Below are positions 53,772 through 62,774 of a stretch of 64,000 bases of DNA, piece after piece. Each line of letters starts with the position of its first letter. Position 1 is the first letter of the stretch. Source of the DNA: an uncultured Christensenellaceae bacterium. GTDB taxonomy: Bacteria; Bacillota; Clostridia; Christensenellales; UBA3700. Location of the stretch: contig CALWHE010000001.1 in assembly GCA_944380295.1 (NCBI GenBank), forward strand, positions 1,172 through 65,171. Direction: 5' to 3'. The notes beneath the pieces are model-generated. The model was not told the origin of the DNA. It saw only the letters and a program-made list of their open reading frames with translations, and did not search any database. The translations under genes were made by a program, and so were the position numbers.

Positions 53772-53977
53772 ATATCGCGTCCGGAGCCGCCGAACATTTT
53801 TATCGCTATTCGCTTTTGTTCGGTGGCGCAGGACATATCGCGTCGGCGCAGCCGACATATCGCTTTTGCGCAGCAGATATAAGTTTGCTAGCCGCTCACA
53901 TATATCTGCGCAAAAATATCGCGTCCGGAGCGGCACGGCACACTTTCGCTTATCGCCATTGCCGTGCCGCGCAGGAC
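53772..53977 (+). repeat. core unit C10 (ATATCGC dialect)
   Basis: ATATCGC at 53772, 53835, 53857 and 53916. Order is h4, GTCGGC-GCA-GCCGAC, h3, h4. Confidence 0.9.
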
Positions 53978-54000
53978 ATAAAATATTATTTATTATATAC

Positions 54001-54030
54001 TTGTATTTTCCCGCACGTATGTGTTATAAT
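54001..54030 (+). promoter_or_regulatory. candidate ftsK promoter
   Basis: TTGTAT, 18 nt, TG-n-TATAAT. Confidence 0.45.
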
Positions 54031-54064
54031 TTTTATACACAATTAAAGCAGGGAGTATAGCCCG

Positions 54065-57019
54065 TTGAAAAGAAAAGATCCTAACAACACACAACCGCAG
54101 GAAGAAAAGCAGGAAAAGGAGATAAGCAACTCTCTCTTCACCGCGCTCATTTGTTTGGGCGTGTCCGTGCTTTGCATGCTCATCTTGTTCGGAGCGTTCG
54201 GCAGGGCGGGCGATTACGTCAACAGATATTTCTTTTTGGGGATATTCGGTTTTGCCTCATACGGCGCGGCGGTGGCGCTGTTTGTCGTGGGCATTCTCAA
54301 ATTGTTCAAGGTGCGCGTGAAGGTTTCTCTCGGTATGACGGCTTTGTATATCGTCACGCTTTGCGTGGTGATCCTCATGTGTCACCTTGCCACGGCGCGC
54401 GGACACGCGACCATGGACGAAAGCCGCAGCTGGGGCGATTACATCAAAAATTGTTATCTTGGCGCGGATACGGCGGGCGGAGTGCTGTTTTCTCTGCTCA
54501 CATATCCCTTGCTGCTGTCCGATTTCATGTATATTTTCAGCATGGTGGTGCTGGGACTTGTGGTGGGCGGACTGGTCGCGCTCATCGTGGTGTGCATGTT
54601 CAACCTGGACAAGCTGGTGGCGCAGCGCCGCGCGGCAAAGCTGGGCAAGATAAGCTCCGCGGGCGACTACATGACTTACGAAAAGCCCGAGCAGGACGGC
54701 TTGCGCAGCGTGGGCACAGAGATGTATAACGGCACGGTGTCGGGCAAAAAGCTGGAAGACACCTTCCGCACCGGCTGGTTCAAGCGTCCCACGGACGTCA
54801 AACCGATAGAAAAACTGGACGAAAACGCTCCGCAGGAAGATCCCGTGCCCGACGTGCGGGGGACGGTGGAGATGTATAAAGGTCTGGACAGGGCGCAGGC
54901 GATGGGGCTGTTATACGGCGAGCGCGAGCCGCGCGAGGCGGCGGAGCGCCGCGAAGTGACGCGTGACGACGCGGGCAGGATCTTATACGGTAAAGAGGAA
55001 GAAGCGCCCGCGCCTCCGCCTTACGAAAAGCCCGCGGGCATAGACATGGATCTGTATTTCACCGCCACGCGTGAAGAAAACCTCAAACGCAACCTGGAAA
55101 AGATGTATTCCGGCAGGGAAGAGGAAAAGAGCGATTCGGACAGGGAGATAGACGAATTCATCAACAATGCCGTGCACGGCGCATTCGGCGCGAAAAAGGA
55201 GCAAACACCGCCCGAAGAGCCGCAGGACAAGGCGGAGGAACCGGAGGACAAGTCCGACCGCAGCGAGCGCGTTTTTGAAGATTTTTCCGAGCTGTTCGGC
55301 AAGAACAAAAAAGCGGAAACTCCCGAACCGCCCGCGCCCGAACCGCCCGCGCCGGAGCCTGTCAAGCCGGAGCCGGTCAAGCCCGCGCCCCAGCCCAAAC
55401 CGGAGCCGGTCAGACCCGAACCGGTAAAGCCGGCGTTCACGCCGCCCGAACCTTCCAAGCCCGTCAAGGCGGAGGAGAAGAAGGAAGAAAAAGAAGAAGA
55501 CGACGCCAACAAATTCAACGGCATACCTATCTTTGTGCCGGTGCGCACGCGCAAATACGTGCCGCCCAAGCTGGAATTGATGGCGGACTATGAAGAAAAG
55601 GTGAGCAATAACGTCAATTTCAGCGCCATGGTGGAAGAGCTTGAACGCACGCTGGAAGACTTCAAGGTGCCCGCCAAGGTGGTCAACATCGTGCAGGGAC
55701 CGGCGTTTTCGCGCTTTGAGCTGCAAATGCCGCGTTCGGTGTCCGTCAAGGAGATACCCAAGCTGGAAGAGGACATACGCGCCTGCCTGATGGTGGACAG
55801 CATTCGTATCGAAGCGCCCATTCGCGGCAAAAACCTGGTGGGCATAGAAGTGCCCAACAAGGCGAGAGGCAAGGTGGGCTTGAAGAGCGTGATAAACTCC
55901 ACGGAATTTATCCGCGCGGACAAGAATAAGGGGCTTTATTTTGCATTGGGCAAAGACATAGACAACGTCAATTACGTGTGCAACATCTGCGACTTCCCGC
56001 ACGCGTTGGTGGCGGGCTCGAGCGGTTCGGGCAAGAGCGTGTTCCTCAACTGCCTCTTGTGCAGCATGGTGTATAAGTATTCTCCGCAGGACGTGCGCTT
56101 TTTGCTGATAGACCCCAAGGTGGTGGAATTCAAGCGTTATTCGGGCTTGCCGCACATGCTTTTGCCCTATGCGCTTTCCGACGAGCGCATGGCTATCAAG
56201 GCGTTGGAATGGCTGGTCAACGAGATGGAATACCGCTACTCGCTCTTCGGCGACAGCATGGTGAGCAATCTCACGGAATACAACGCCGCGCACCCGGAGG
56301 GCAAACTGCCCAGCATAGTGCTGATAGTGGACGAGGTGGGCGACATCATGTCCTCGCCGGTGAGCAAGGACTTTGAGATACTCATCAAGCGCCTGGCGCA
56401 AAAGGCGCGCGCCGCGGGCATCAGTATTATTTTGGCGACCCAGCGCCCCTCCGTGGACGTGATCACGGGCACGATAAAAGCCAACCTGCCCACGCGCATC
56501 GCCTTTGCCGTTACCTCCGCGGTGGACTCCAAGACCATTTTGGACACGGTGGGCGCGGAAAAGCTGCTGCGTTACGGCGACATGCTTTATAAAGAGGGCA
56601 GTAAGCCCAACATGGTCAGGGTGCAGGGCGCGCTGATCCAGAACAGCGAAATAAACGCCATCGTGGACGACGTCAAGGCGCACAACGAGGCAAAGTTCGA
56701 CGCGGAGATAGAAAAATACATCACCACGGTGGAAGAAGAAAAGCCCGCCGCCTCTGCCGACGGGGCGGACGCGAACGCCTCGCCCGCGGACGATCCTTAC
56801 TTTGTGCGCGTGCTCAAATATGCGGTGGAAGCGGGCAGCATATCCACTTCCAAGGTGCAGCGCGTGTTCGGTTTGGGATATCCGCGCGCGGCAAAGCTGG
56901 TGGATATGATGATCGCCCAGGGCTATGTGGAAGCCACCAGCACGGGCAATAAAGAAAAGGGCGTGCTCATCACCTTGGAGCAGTTCAAAGCCCTTTACGG
57001 AGAAGACGATGCAAGCTGA
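54065..57019 (+). CDS. ftsK: DNA translocase FtsK/SpoIIIE
   Basis: TTG start behind AGGGAG. N-terminal TM helices, Pro/Glu/Lys linker, motor domain with GSSGSGKS, and C-terminal gamma winged helix. Confidence 0.9.
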   Translation: MKRKDPNNTQPQEEKQEKEISNSLFTALICLGVSVLCMLILFGAFGRAGDYVNRYFFLGIFGFASYGAAVALFVVGILKLFKVRVKVSLGMTALYIVTLCVVILMCHLATARGHATMDESRSWGDYIKNCYLGADTAGGVLFSLLTYPLLLSDFMYIFSMVVLGLVVGGLVALIVVCMFNLDKLVAQRRAAKLGKISSAGDYMTYEKPEQDGLRSVGTEMYNGTVSGKKLEDTFRTGWFKRPTDVKPIEKLDENAPQEDPVPDVRGTVEMYKGLDRAQAMGLLYGEREPREAAERREVTRDDAGRILYGKEEEAPAPPPYEKPAGIDMDLYFTATREENLKRNLEKMYSGREEEKSDSDREIDEFINNAVHGAFGAKKEQTPPEEPQDKAEEPEDKSDRSERVFEDFSELFGKNKKAETPEPPAPEPPAPEPVKPEPVKPAPQPKPEPVRPEPVKPAFTPPEPSKPVKAEEKKEEKEEDDANKFNGIPIFVPVRTRKYVPPKLELMADYEEKVSNNVNFSAMVEELERTLEDFKVPAKVVNIVQGPAFSRFELQMPRSVSVKEIPKLEEDIRACLMVDSIRIEAPIRGKNLVGIEVPNKARGKVGLKSVINSTEFIRADKNKGLYFALGKDIDNVNYVCNICDFPHALVAGSSGSGKSVFLNCLLCSMVYKYSPQDVRFLLIDPKVVEFKRYSGLPHMLLPYALSDERMAIKALEWLVNEMEYRYSLFGDSMVSNLTEYNAAHPEGKLPSIVLIVDEVGDIMSSPVSKDFEILIKRLAQKARAAGISIILATQRPSVDVITGTIKANLPTRIAFAVTSAVDSKTILDTVGAEKLLRYGDMLYKEGSKPNMVRVQGALIQNSEINAIVDDVKAHNEAKFDAEIEKYITTVEEEKPAASADGADANASPADDPYFVRVLKYAVEAGSISTSKVQRVFGLGYPRAAKLVDMMIAQGYVEATSTGNKEKGVLITLEQFKALYGEDDAS

Positions 57020-58340
57020 AACAAAAAAGTTGGGCGTCATCTCCCTGGGGTGCGATAAAAACCGCGTGGACACGGAAAACGCCTTGGCGTATTTTGCGGA
57101 CGCGGGCTGGGCGGCGGTATCCGATCTGTCGCAGGCGGACGCCATTTTGGTCAACACCTGCGCCTTTATAGACCCGGCAAAGCAGGAGAGCATAGACGCC
57201 GTTTTGGAAGCGGCGGAATATAAAAAGAGCGACAAGTGCAAGGTGCTTGCCGTGAGCGGTTGTCTGCCGCAGCGTTACTTTGCGCAGCTCAAAGAGGGCT
57301 TGCCGGAGATAGACGTGCTTGCCGGCACGGACAGATACAAAGATCTGCCCGCGGCGGTGGAGGCGGCGCTGGCGGGCAGCGGCGGCGCGGAGCTTGCCAA
57401 CGATAAAAACTCCCGCAGCTTCACCTGCAAGCGCGTGCTCACCACGCCCCGGCATTACGCCTATTTGAAGATAGCGGAAGGCTGTTCCAACCGCTGCACT
57501 TATTGCGCGATCCCCGCCATCCGCGGCGATTACACTTCGCGCGCGGAAGAGGAACTGACGGCGGAGGCGCGCACGCTCGCGCAGGAGTGGGGCGTGAAAG
57601 AACTGATCCTGGTGGCGCAGGACGTTTCCCGTTACGGCACGGACGGGGGAGAAAAGCGGCTGATCCCGCTTTTGGACAAACTCTCCGCGCTGCCGTTTGA
57701 ACGCATTCGTCTTTTGTATCTCTACCCGGAGCAGGTGGACGACGAATTGATCGAATACATTGCAAAAAATGACAAAATTTGCAAATATGTTGACATACCT
57801 TTGCAACATATAAGCGATAAGATATTAAAGAGGATGGGCAGGCGCGTGAACGGCGCCTACATCAGAGAGCTTACGGAAAAGCTGCGCGCCAAGGGCATAT
57901 TCATGCGTTCGGCGTTCATCGTGGGCTTTCCGGGGGAGAGCGAAGAGGACTTTGAGGAGTTGCTCGGCTTTTTGCGGGAAGCGCGGCTTTACGCCTGCGG
58001 ATTTTTTGCCTATTCCAAAGAAGACGGCACCGCCGCGGCGCGTTTGGACGGGCAGCTGCCGGAGCGGGTGAAAAAGGCGCGGCGCAAGCGCGCTTATCAG
58101 GTGCAGGCGCAGGTTTCCGCAAGAAGCAAAGCCGAACTCATCGGCAAGGTGTTCGACGTCATCTATGAAGACATAGATTACGAAAAGCAGCTCTTCTGCG
58201 GCAGGACGGGTTTTCAGACCCCGGACGTAGACGGAGTTACATATTTCACTTCCGGGCAGCCGTTGGACGTGGGCGGCACATACCGCGTGCGCATAACGGG
58301 CGTGTCGGGTGAAGATCTGTTGGGAGAGGTAACGGAGTAA
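57009..58340 (+). CDS. rimO: ribosomal protein S12 methylthiotransferase RimO
   Basis: Start moved to ATG 57009, overlapping the ftsK end. UPF0004 N-domain, radical SAM CSNRCTYC, and TRAM domain. Confidence 0.9.
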   Translation: MQAETKKLGVISLGCDKNRVDTENALAYFADAGWAAVSDLSQADAILVNTCAFIDPAKQESIDAVLEAAEYKKSDKCKVLAVSGCLPQRYFAQLKEGLPEIDVLAGTDRYKDLPAAVEAALAGSGGAELANDKNSRSFTCKRVLTTPRHYAYLKIAEGCSNRCTYCAIPAIRGDYTSRAEEELTAEARTLAQEWGVKELILVAQDVSRYGTDGGEKRLIPLLDKLSALPFERIRLLYLYPEQVDDELIEYIAKNDKICKYVDIPLQHISDKILKRMGRRVNGAYIRELTEKLRAKGIFMRSAFIVGFPGESEEDFEELLGFLREARLYACGFFAYSKEDGTAAARLDGQLPERVKKARRKRAYQVQAQVSARSKAELIGKVFDVIYEDIDYEKQLFCGRTGFQTPDVDGVTYFTSGQPLDVGGTYRVRITGVSGEDLLGEVTE

Positions 58341-58341
58341 A

Positions 58342-59007
58342 ATGGGAAAGATACATATCAATTTACCCACAAAGATAACGATAGCGCGCCTGGCGCTCAT
58401 ACCGCTGATCATCGCGGCTTATTGCGTGCAGGAGGCGTTCAAGGCGGAGTCAAACTGGCTGTGCGCCGTCACGGCGGGGCTGTTCTGCCTGGCGGGGTGG
58501 ACGGACTTTTTTGACGGTTACATCGCGCGCAAATACCACATGGTCACGGACCTGGGCAAGTTTTTGGACCCCATCGCGGACAAGATCCTGGTAATCGCGG
58601 GGCTTGCCTTTGTGATGGACGGGCAGTATTTTGCCGCCATCGGCGTGCCCTATGCGGCGATGATATGTTCCGTGATCATCATCGCGCGCGAATTCATCAT
58701 CGGACTTTTGCGGCAGATAGCGGCGCTCAAAAGTTTTGTGATAGCGGCAGACAAGATGGGCAAGCTCAAAACCATCGCCACGCTCTCCGCGCTCACCACG
58801 CTTCTGTTTTCGCCGCTGCACGTGGTGATATGCTGGCTGGGCTTTGCGGAGCTTTTGGTGGCAACGCTGCTCACCGTCATCTCCGGCGCGCATTATATTT
58901 ACAAAAACCGCGCCCTTTTTGCGGAAGACAGAGGGGCGGAGCAAGGCGCCGCGGCGGAAAACGATTTGAACGGGGCGGAAAGTTCCGCGCATGATAAGGA
59001 GGAATAA
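58342..59007 (+). CDS. pgsA: CDP-diacylglycerol-glycerol-3-phosphate 3-phosphatidyltransferase
   Basis: CDP-alcohol phosphatidyltransferase motif DFFDGYIARK...GKFLDPIADK. Confidence 0.88.
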   Translation: MGKIHINLPTKITIARLALIPLIIAAYCVQEAFKAESNWLCAVTAGLFCLAGWTDFFDGYIARKYHMVTDLGKFLDPIADKILVIAGLAFVMDGQYFAAIGVPYAAMICSVIIIAREFIIGLLRQIAALKSFVIAADKMGKLKTIATLSALTTLLFSPLHVVICWLGFAELLVATLLTVISGAHYIYKNRALFAEDRGAEQGAAAENDLNGAESSAHDKEE

Positions 59008-59010
59008 AAC

Positions 59011-59727
59011 ATGATGGAAGAAGAGGACTTTCGCAATTATTGCGTGATAAAGACCTTCGGGGTGAGGACGAGCGACATGCAGCCTTACCTGCAAACGGGC
59101 GGCGTGAGCGTGGAGTTTACCGAGGACTGCCTCGACGGCACCGTGCGCGTGGTCAACACGGAAGGGGACAGAGAGCAGTTCAACGCCGTGGTGGCGGAGA
59201 TAACCGCGGCTTTCAAAGACAAGGTATACGCGGAGGGGGAAACCTCTCTGGCGGAGAGGCTGGTGGAAGAGTGCCGCAACAGGGGTATCACGCTGGCGGT
59301 GGCGGAATCGCTCACGGGCGGCATGATCTGTTCTGCCATCGTGGACGTGCCGGGAGCCAGCGCCGTGCTCAGCGAGGGCTTTGTCACATACACCAACGCG
59401 GCAAAGGTGAGGCGTCTGCACGTCAGACTTTCCACCATAGAGAGCGAGGGCGCCGTTTCCGCCAAAACCGCGGGCGAGATGGCAAAGGGACTTATCGAAG
59501 ACAGGACGGCGGACGTGGCGATATCCACCACCGGCTGCGCCGGTCCGGACAGCGACGAAAACGATACGCCCGTAGGACTGGCGTTTGTGGGCGTGACCAC
59601 GCGCACGGGCGGCAAGGTGTATCGGCTTAATTTGTCGGGAGAGCGGAATTACATCAGAAAATGCGTGGCGAACACCGCCATGTTTTATGCGCTGAAATGC
59701 GTGGAGAACAAAGACAAGGAGATTTGA
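59011..59727 (+). CDS. cinA: CinA-family protein, PncC (nicotinamide-nucleotide amidase) domain with short N-terminal extension, no MoCF domain
   Basis: AESLTGGMI motif and position between pgsA and recA. Confidence 0.8.
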   Translation: MMEEEDFRNYCVIKTFGVRTSDMQPYLQTGGVSVEFTEDCLDGTVRVVNTEGDREQFNAVVAEITAAFKDKVYAEGETSLAERLVEECRNRGITLAVAESLTGGMICSAIVDVPGASAVLSEGFVTYTNAAKVRRLHVRLSTIESEGAVSAKTAGEMAKGLIEDRTADVAISTTGCAGPDSDENDTPVGLAFVGVTTRTGGKVYRLNLSGERNYIRKCVANTAMFYALKCVENKDKEI

Positions 59728-59728
59728 T

Positions 59729-60739
59729 ATGGCAAACGAAGAGCCTAAGAAGAGCAAGGATAAGAGCGATCTGCTGGATGAGGCGATCGCCAAGATAGAA
59801 AAGCAATACGGCAAGGGCGCCATCATGAAGTTGGGCGACGAGAACGTGGAACCGATAGAGGTCATCAGCACCGACTGTCTGACCTTAGACTTTGCCCTGG
59901 GCGTGGGCGGCTTGCCCCGCGGCAGGATAGTGGAGATATACGGACCGGAATCTTCCGGCAAGACCACGGTGGCGCTGCACGCGATAGCGTCCTGCCAGCG
60001 CGGCGGCGGCACGGCGGCGTTCATAGACGCGGAGCACGCGCTCGATCCCGTTTATGCGGAAAATCTGGGCGTGAACATACGCGATCTTTACGTGTCCCAG
60101 CCGGACAACGGCGAACAGGCGCTGGACATTGCGGAAATGCTGGTGCGCAGCAACGCGGTGGACATCATCGTCATCGACTCCGTGGCGGCGCTCACTCCGC
60201 GCGTGGAGATAGAGGGTGAGATGGATCAATCCACCGTGGGCGCGCAGGCGAGGCTGATGTCCAAGGCGCTGCGCAAGCTCACCGGCATCGTGAACAAGGC
60301 AAAGACCTGCATCATCTTCATCAACCAGCTGCGCGAAAAGGTGGGCGTGATGTTCGGCAATCCGGAAACCACCACGGGCGGCAGGGCGCTCAAATTTTAT
60401 TCGAGCGTGCGCATAGAGATACGCAAGGGCGACACCATCAAAAACGGTTCGGAGATCGTGGGCAGCCGCACGCGCGCCAAGGTGGTGAAAAACAAGCTGG
60501 CTCCGCCCTTCAAAACGGCGGAATTCGACATCATCTTCGGCAAAGGCATCTCCGCAAACGGCTGTCTGATAGACCTGGCGCAGGAGAAGGGCGTGGTGGT
60601 CAAATCCGGCTCCTGGTTCAGCTATAACGGCGACAAGATAGGACAGGGCAGAGAAAAGACCATCCAATTCTTGGACGACAATCCGGAAGTTGCGGCGGAG
60701 ATCAAGGGAAAGCTGGTGGAGCTGATGAAGCAGCAATGA
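59729..60739 (+). CDS. recA: recombinase RecA
   Basis: GPESSGKTT Walker A and overall RecA sequence. 336 aa. Confidence 0.95.
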   Translation: MANEEPKKSKDKSDLLDEAIAKIEKQYGKGAIMKLGDENVEPIEVISTDCLTLDFALGVGGLPRGRIVEIYGPESSGKTTVALHAIASCQRGGGTAAFIDAEHALDPVYAENLGVNIRDLYVSQPDNGEQALDIAEMLVRSNAVDIIVIDSVAALTPRVEIEGEMDQSTVGAQARLMSKALRKLTGIVNKAKTCIIFINQLREKVGVMFGNPETTTGGRALKFYSSVRIEIRKGDTIKNGSEIVGSRTRAKVVKNKLAPPFKTAEFDIIFGKGISANGCLIDLAQEKGVVVKSGSWFSYNGDKIGQGREKTIQFLDDNPEVAAEIKGKLVELMKQQ

Positions 60740-60795
60740 GCGGCGTTTGCGCAAAATAAGGCGCGCAAAAAGCGGTTTTTCGCAAAAGTTATTGA

Positions 60796-60820
60796 AAAAG
60801 CGGCGGTTTTGCCGCTTTTT
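60796..60820 (+). terminator. rho-independent terminator after recA
   Basis: AAGCGGC-GGTTTT-GCCGCTT followed by a T-run. Confidence 0.7.
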
Positions 60821-60897
60821 CTTTTGCTTTTCCGCCGGAAGGGCGCGGACGCACGGCGGGCGCGGGAAAAGGGCGCGTTTTCTTTTTTCCAAATGCC

Positions 60898-60926
60898 TTG
60901 ACATATCTGTTCAGTTAATATATAAT
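60898..60926 (+). promoter_or_regulatory. candidate rny promoter
   Basis: TTGACA, 17 nt, TATAAT. Confidence 0.55.
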
Positions 60927-61026
60927 AATTATAATGTAATAAGTGCAGGCGCCCGCGCGCTTGCGCAGAACATTATAACAACAATATAAAGCGCCGCTTC
61001 GGCGGCGTTCAACGGGAGGAATCGAA

Positions 61027-62631
61027 ATGTTTAATTCGTTAAGCTTTCTCCTTGGTAGTGTCTCAACCGGCGGCGTCATCGGACTCGCCGTAGGCATACC
61101 GGCAGCACTCATCTTGGGTGCGGTCGTGGGTTACGTAATATTCAGATACGGCGCGCGCAAAAAGCTCGGCTCCATCAAGGAAGAGTGCGCGCGGCTTTTG
61201 GACAGCGCAAGATCCAACGCGGACACTTACTTGAAGGAAGCAAGGCTGGAGATCAAAGAAGAACAGCACAAAATGCGTTCCGATCTGGACAAAGAATCCA
61301 GGGAGCGCAGAGCGGAATTGCAGCGCACGGAAAACAGGCTTTCCCAGAGGGAAGATCAGCTCTCTTCCAGAGAGCTGCTGTTGGACAAGAAGTCCGCTTA
61401 TTTGGACGATCGCAAAAAGGCGATAGAAGTCAAAGAACAGCAGGTGGGCGAGTTGCAGACCGAACTTTCGCGCGCGCATGACAAGATGATAGAGCAGCTG
61501 GAAAAAGCCGCTCAGCTCACGCAGGAAGAGGCAAAGGCGCAGCTGATGGAACAGCTGCTCGACCAGGTGCGCAAAGACGCGGGCGAAAAGGCGCGCGAAA
61601 TTGAGCAGACCGCCAAAGACGAGGCGGAAAAGAAAGCCAAAAACATCGTGGGGCTTGCCGTGCAGCGCTGTGCGGCGGATCACGCCTCGGAGATAGCCGT
61701 ATCCACCGTGGCGTTGCCCAGCGATGAGATGAAAGGGCGCCTGATAGGCAGAGTGGGGCGCAACATCCGTTCGATAGAAAACTGCACGGGCGTGGACCTC
61801 ATCATAGACGACACCCCGGACGTGGTCACGGTGTCCGCCTTCGACCCGGTGCGCAGAGAAGTTGCCAAGCTGGCGATAGAGCGCCTGGTGGCGGACGGAC
61901 GCATCCACCCCGCACGCATAGAAGAAACGGTGGAAAAGGTCAGGCGCGAACTGGACAACCAGATGAAGGAAGCGGCGGAAAACGCGGCGTTCGACGCGGG
62001 CGTTTACGGCTTGCACCCGGAAGTCATCAAGCTGCTGGGCAGGCTCAAATACCGCACCAGTTACGGGCAGAACGTGCTCAAACACTCGCTTGAAGTCAGT
62101 TATCTCGCCGGCGCCATGGCGTCGGAGCTGGGCGCGGACTTCAAGGTGTGCAGAAGGGCGGGACTTTTGCACGACATCGGCAAGGCGGTGGACCATGAAG
62201 TGGAGGGCACGCACGTGTCCATCGGCGTGGAGATATTAAAGCGCTTCAAAGAATCTCCCGCGGTCATCCACGCGGTGGAAGCGCACCATAACGACGTGGA
62301 ACCTGCCACCATAGAGGCGATCATCGTGCAGGCGGCGGACTCCATCTCCGGCGCACGTCCCGGCGCGAGAAGGGAATCGATAGAAAATTACGTCAAGCGT
62401 CTGGAAAAGATAGAAAACGTGGCAAATTCCTTTGCCGGCGTGGAGCAGTCTTATGCCATTCAGGCGGGCAGAGAGATCCGCGTGATGGTCAAACCGGACG
62501 AAGTGGACGACGCAGCCACCATGTTTATGGCAAAAGAGATAGCAAGCAAGCTGGAAGCGGAGCTCGATTATCCCGGACAGATAAAAGTCAACGTCATCAG
62601 AGAACTGCGCAGCGTGGAATACGCCAAGTGA
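61027..62631 (+). CDS. rny: ribonuclease Y
   Basis: N-terminal TM, coiled-coil, KH domain and HD domain (LLHDIGKA). 534 aa. Confidence 0.93.
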   Translation: MFNSLSFLLGSVSTGGVIGLAVGIPAALILGAVVGYVIFRYGARKKLGSIKEECARLLDSARSNADTYLKEARLEIKEEQHKMRSDLDKESRERRAELQRTENRLSQREDQLSSRELLLDKKSAYLDDRKKAIEVKEQQVGELQTELSRAHDKMIEQLEKAAQLTQEEAKAQLMEQLLDQVRKDAGEKAREIEQTAKDEAEKKAKNIVGLAVQRCAADHASEIAVSTVALPSDEMKGRLIGRVGRNIRSIENCTGVDLIIDDTPDVVTVSAFDPVRREVAKLAIERLVADGRIHPARIEETVEKVRRELDNQMKEAAENAAFDAGVYGLHPEVIKLLGRLKYRTSYGQNVLKHSLEVSYLAGAMASELGADFKVCRRAGLLHDIGKAVDHEVEGTHVSIGVEILKRFKESPAVIHAVEAHHNDVEPATIEAIIVQAADSISGARPGARRESIENYVKRLEKIENVANSFAGVEQSYAIQAGREIRVMVKPDEVDDAATMFMAKEIASKLEAELDYPGQIKVNVIRELRSVEYAK

Positions 62632-62646
62632 AAAGCAGAGCTTTTC

Positions 62647-62677
62647 GCGCCCGCCTCAAAGCGGGCGCTTTTTTTTT
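62647..62677 (+). terminator. rho-independent terminator after rny
   Basis: GCGCCCGC-CTCAAA-GCGGGCGC followed by T9. Confidence 0.85.
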
Positions 62678-62774
62678 GCCTTTGCGGCAAAAAGATCCGT
62701 TCTTGACTCACGCGCGCATATATAGTATCATATAATCAAGGTTTTGCGCCGCGCGTGCGGCGAAGAGGGAAATT

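Larger units (their letters stand above)
53123..53977. repeat. hairpin-mosaic island I7 (M16 peptidase gene to ftsK), bounded by identical 55-nt inverted h4 modules
   Basis: 53123-53177 is the exact reverse complement of 53923-53977. Contains LH (minus), truncated core C9 and ATATCGC core C10. Confidence 0.9.
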
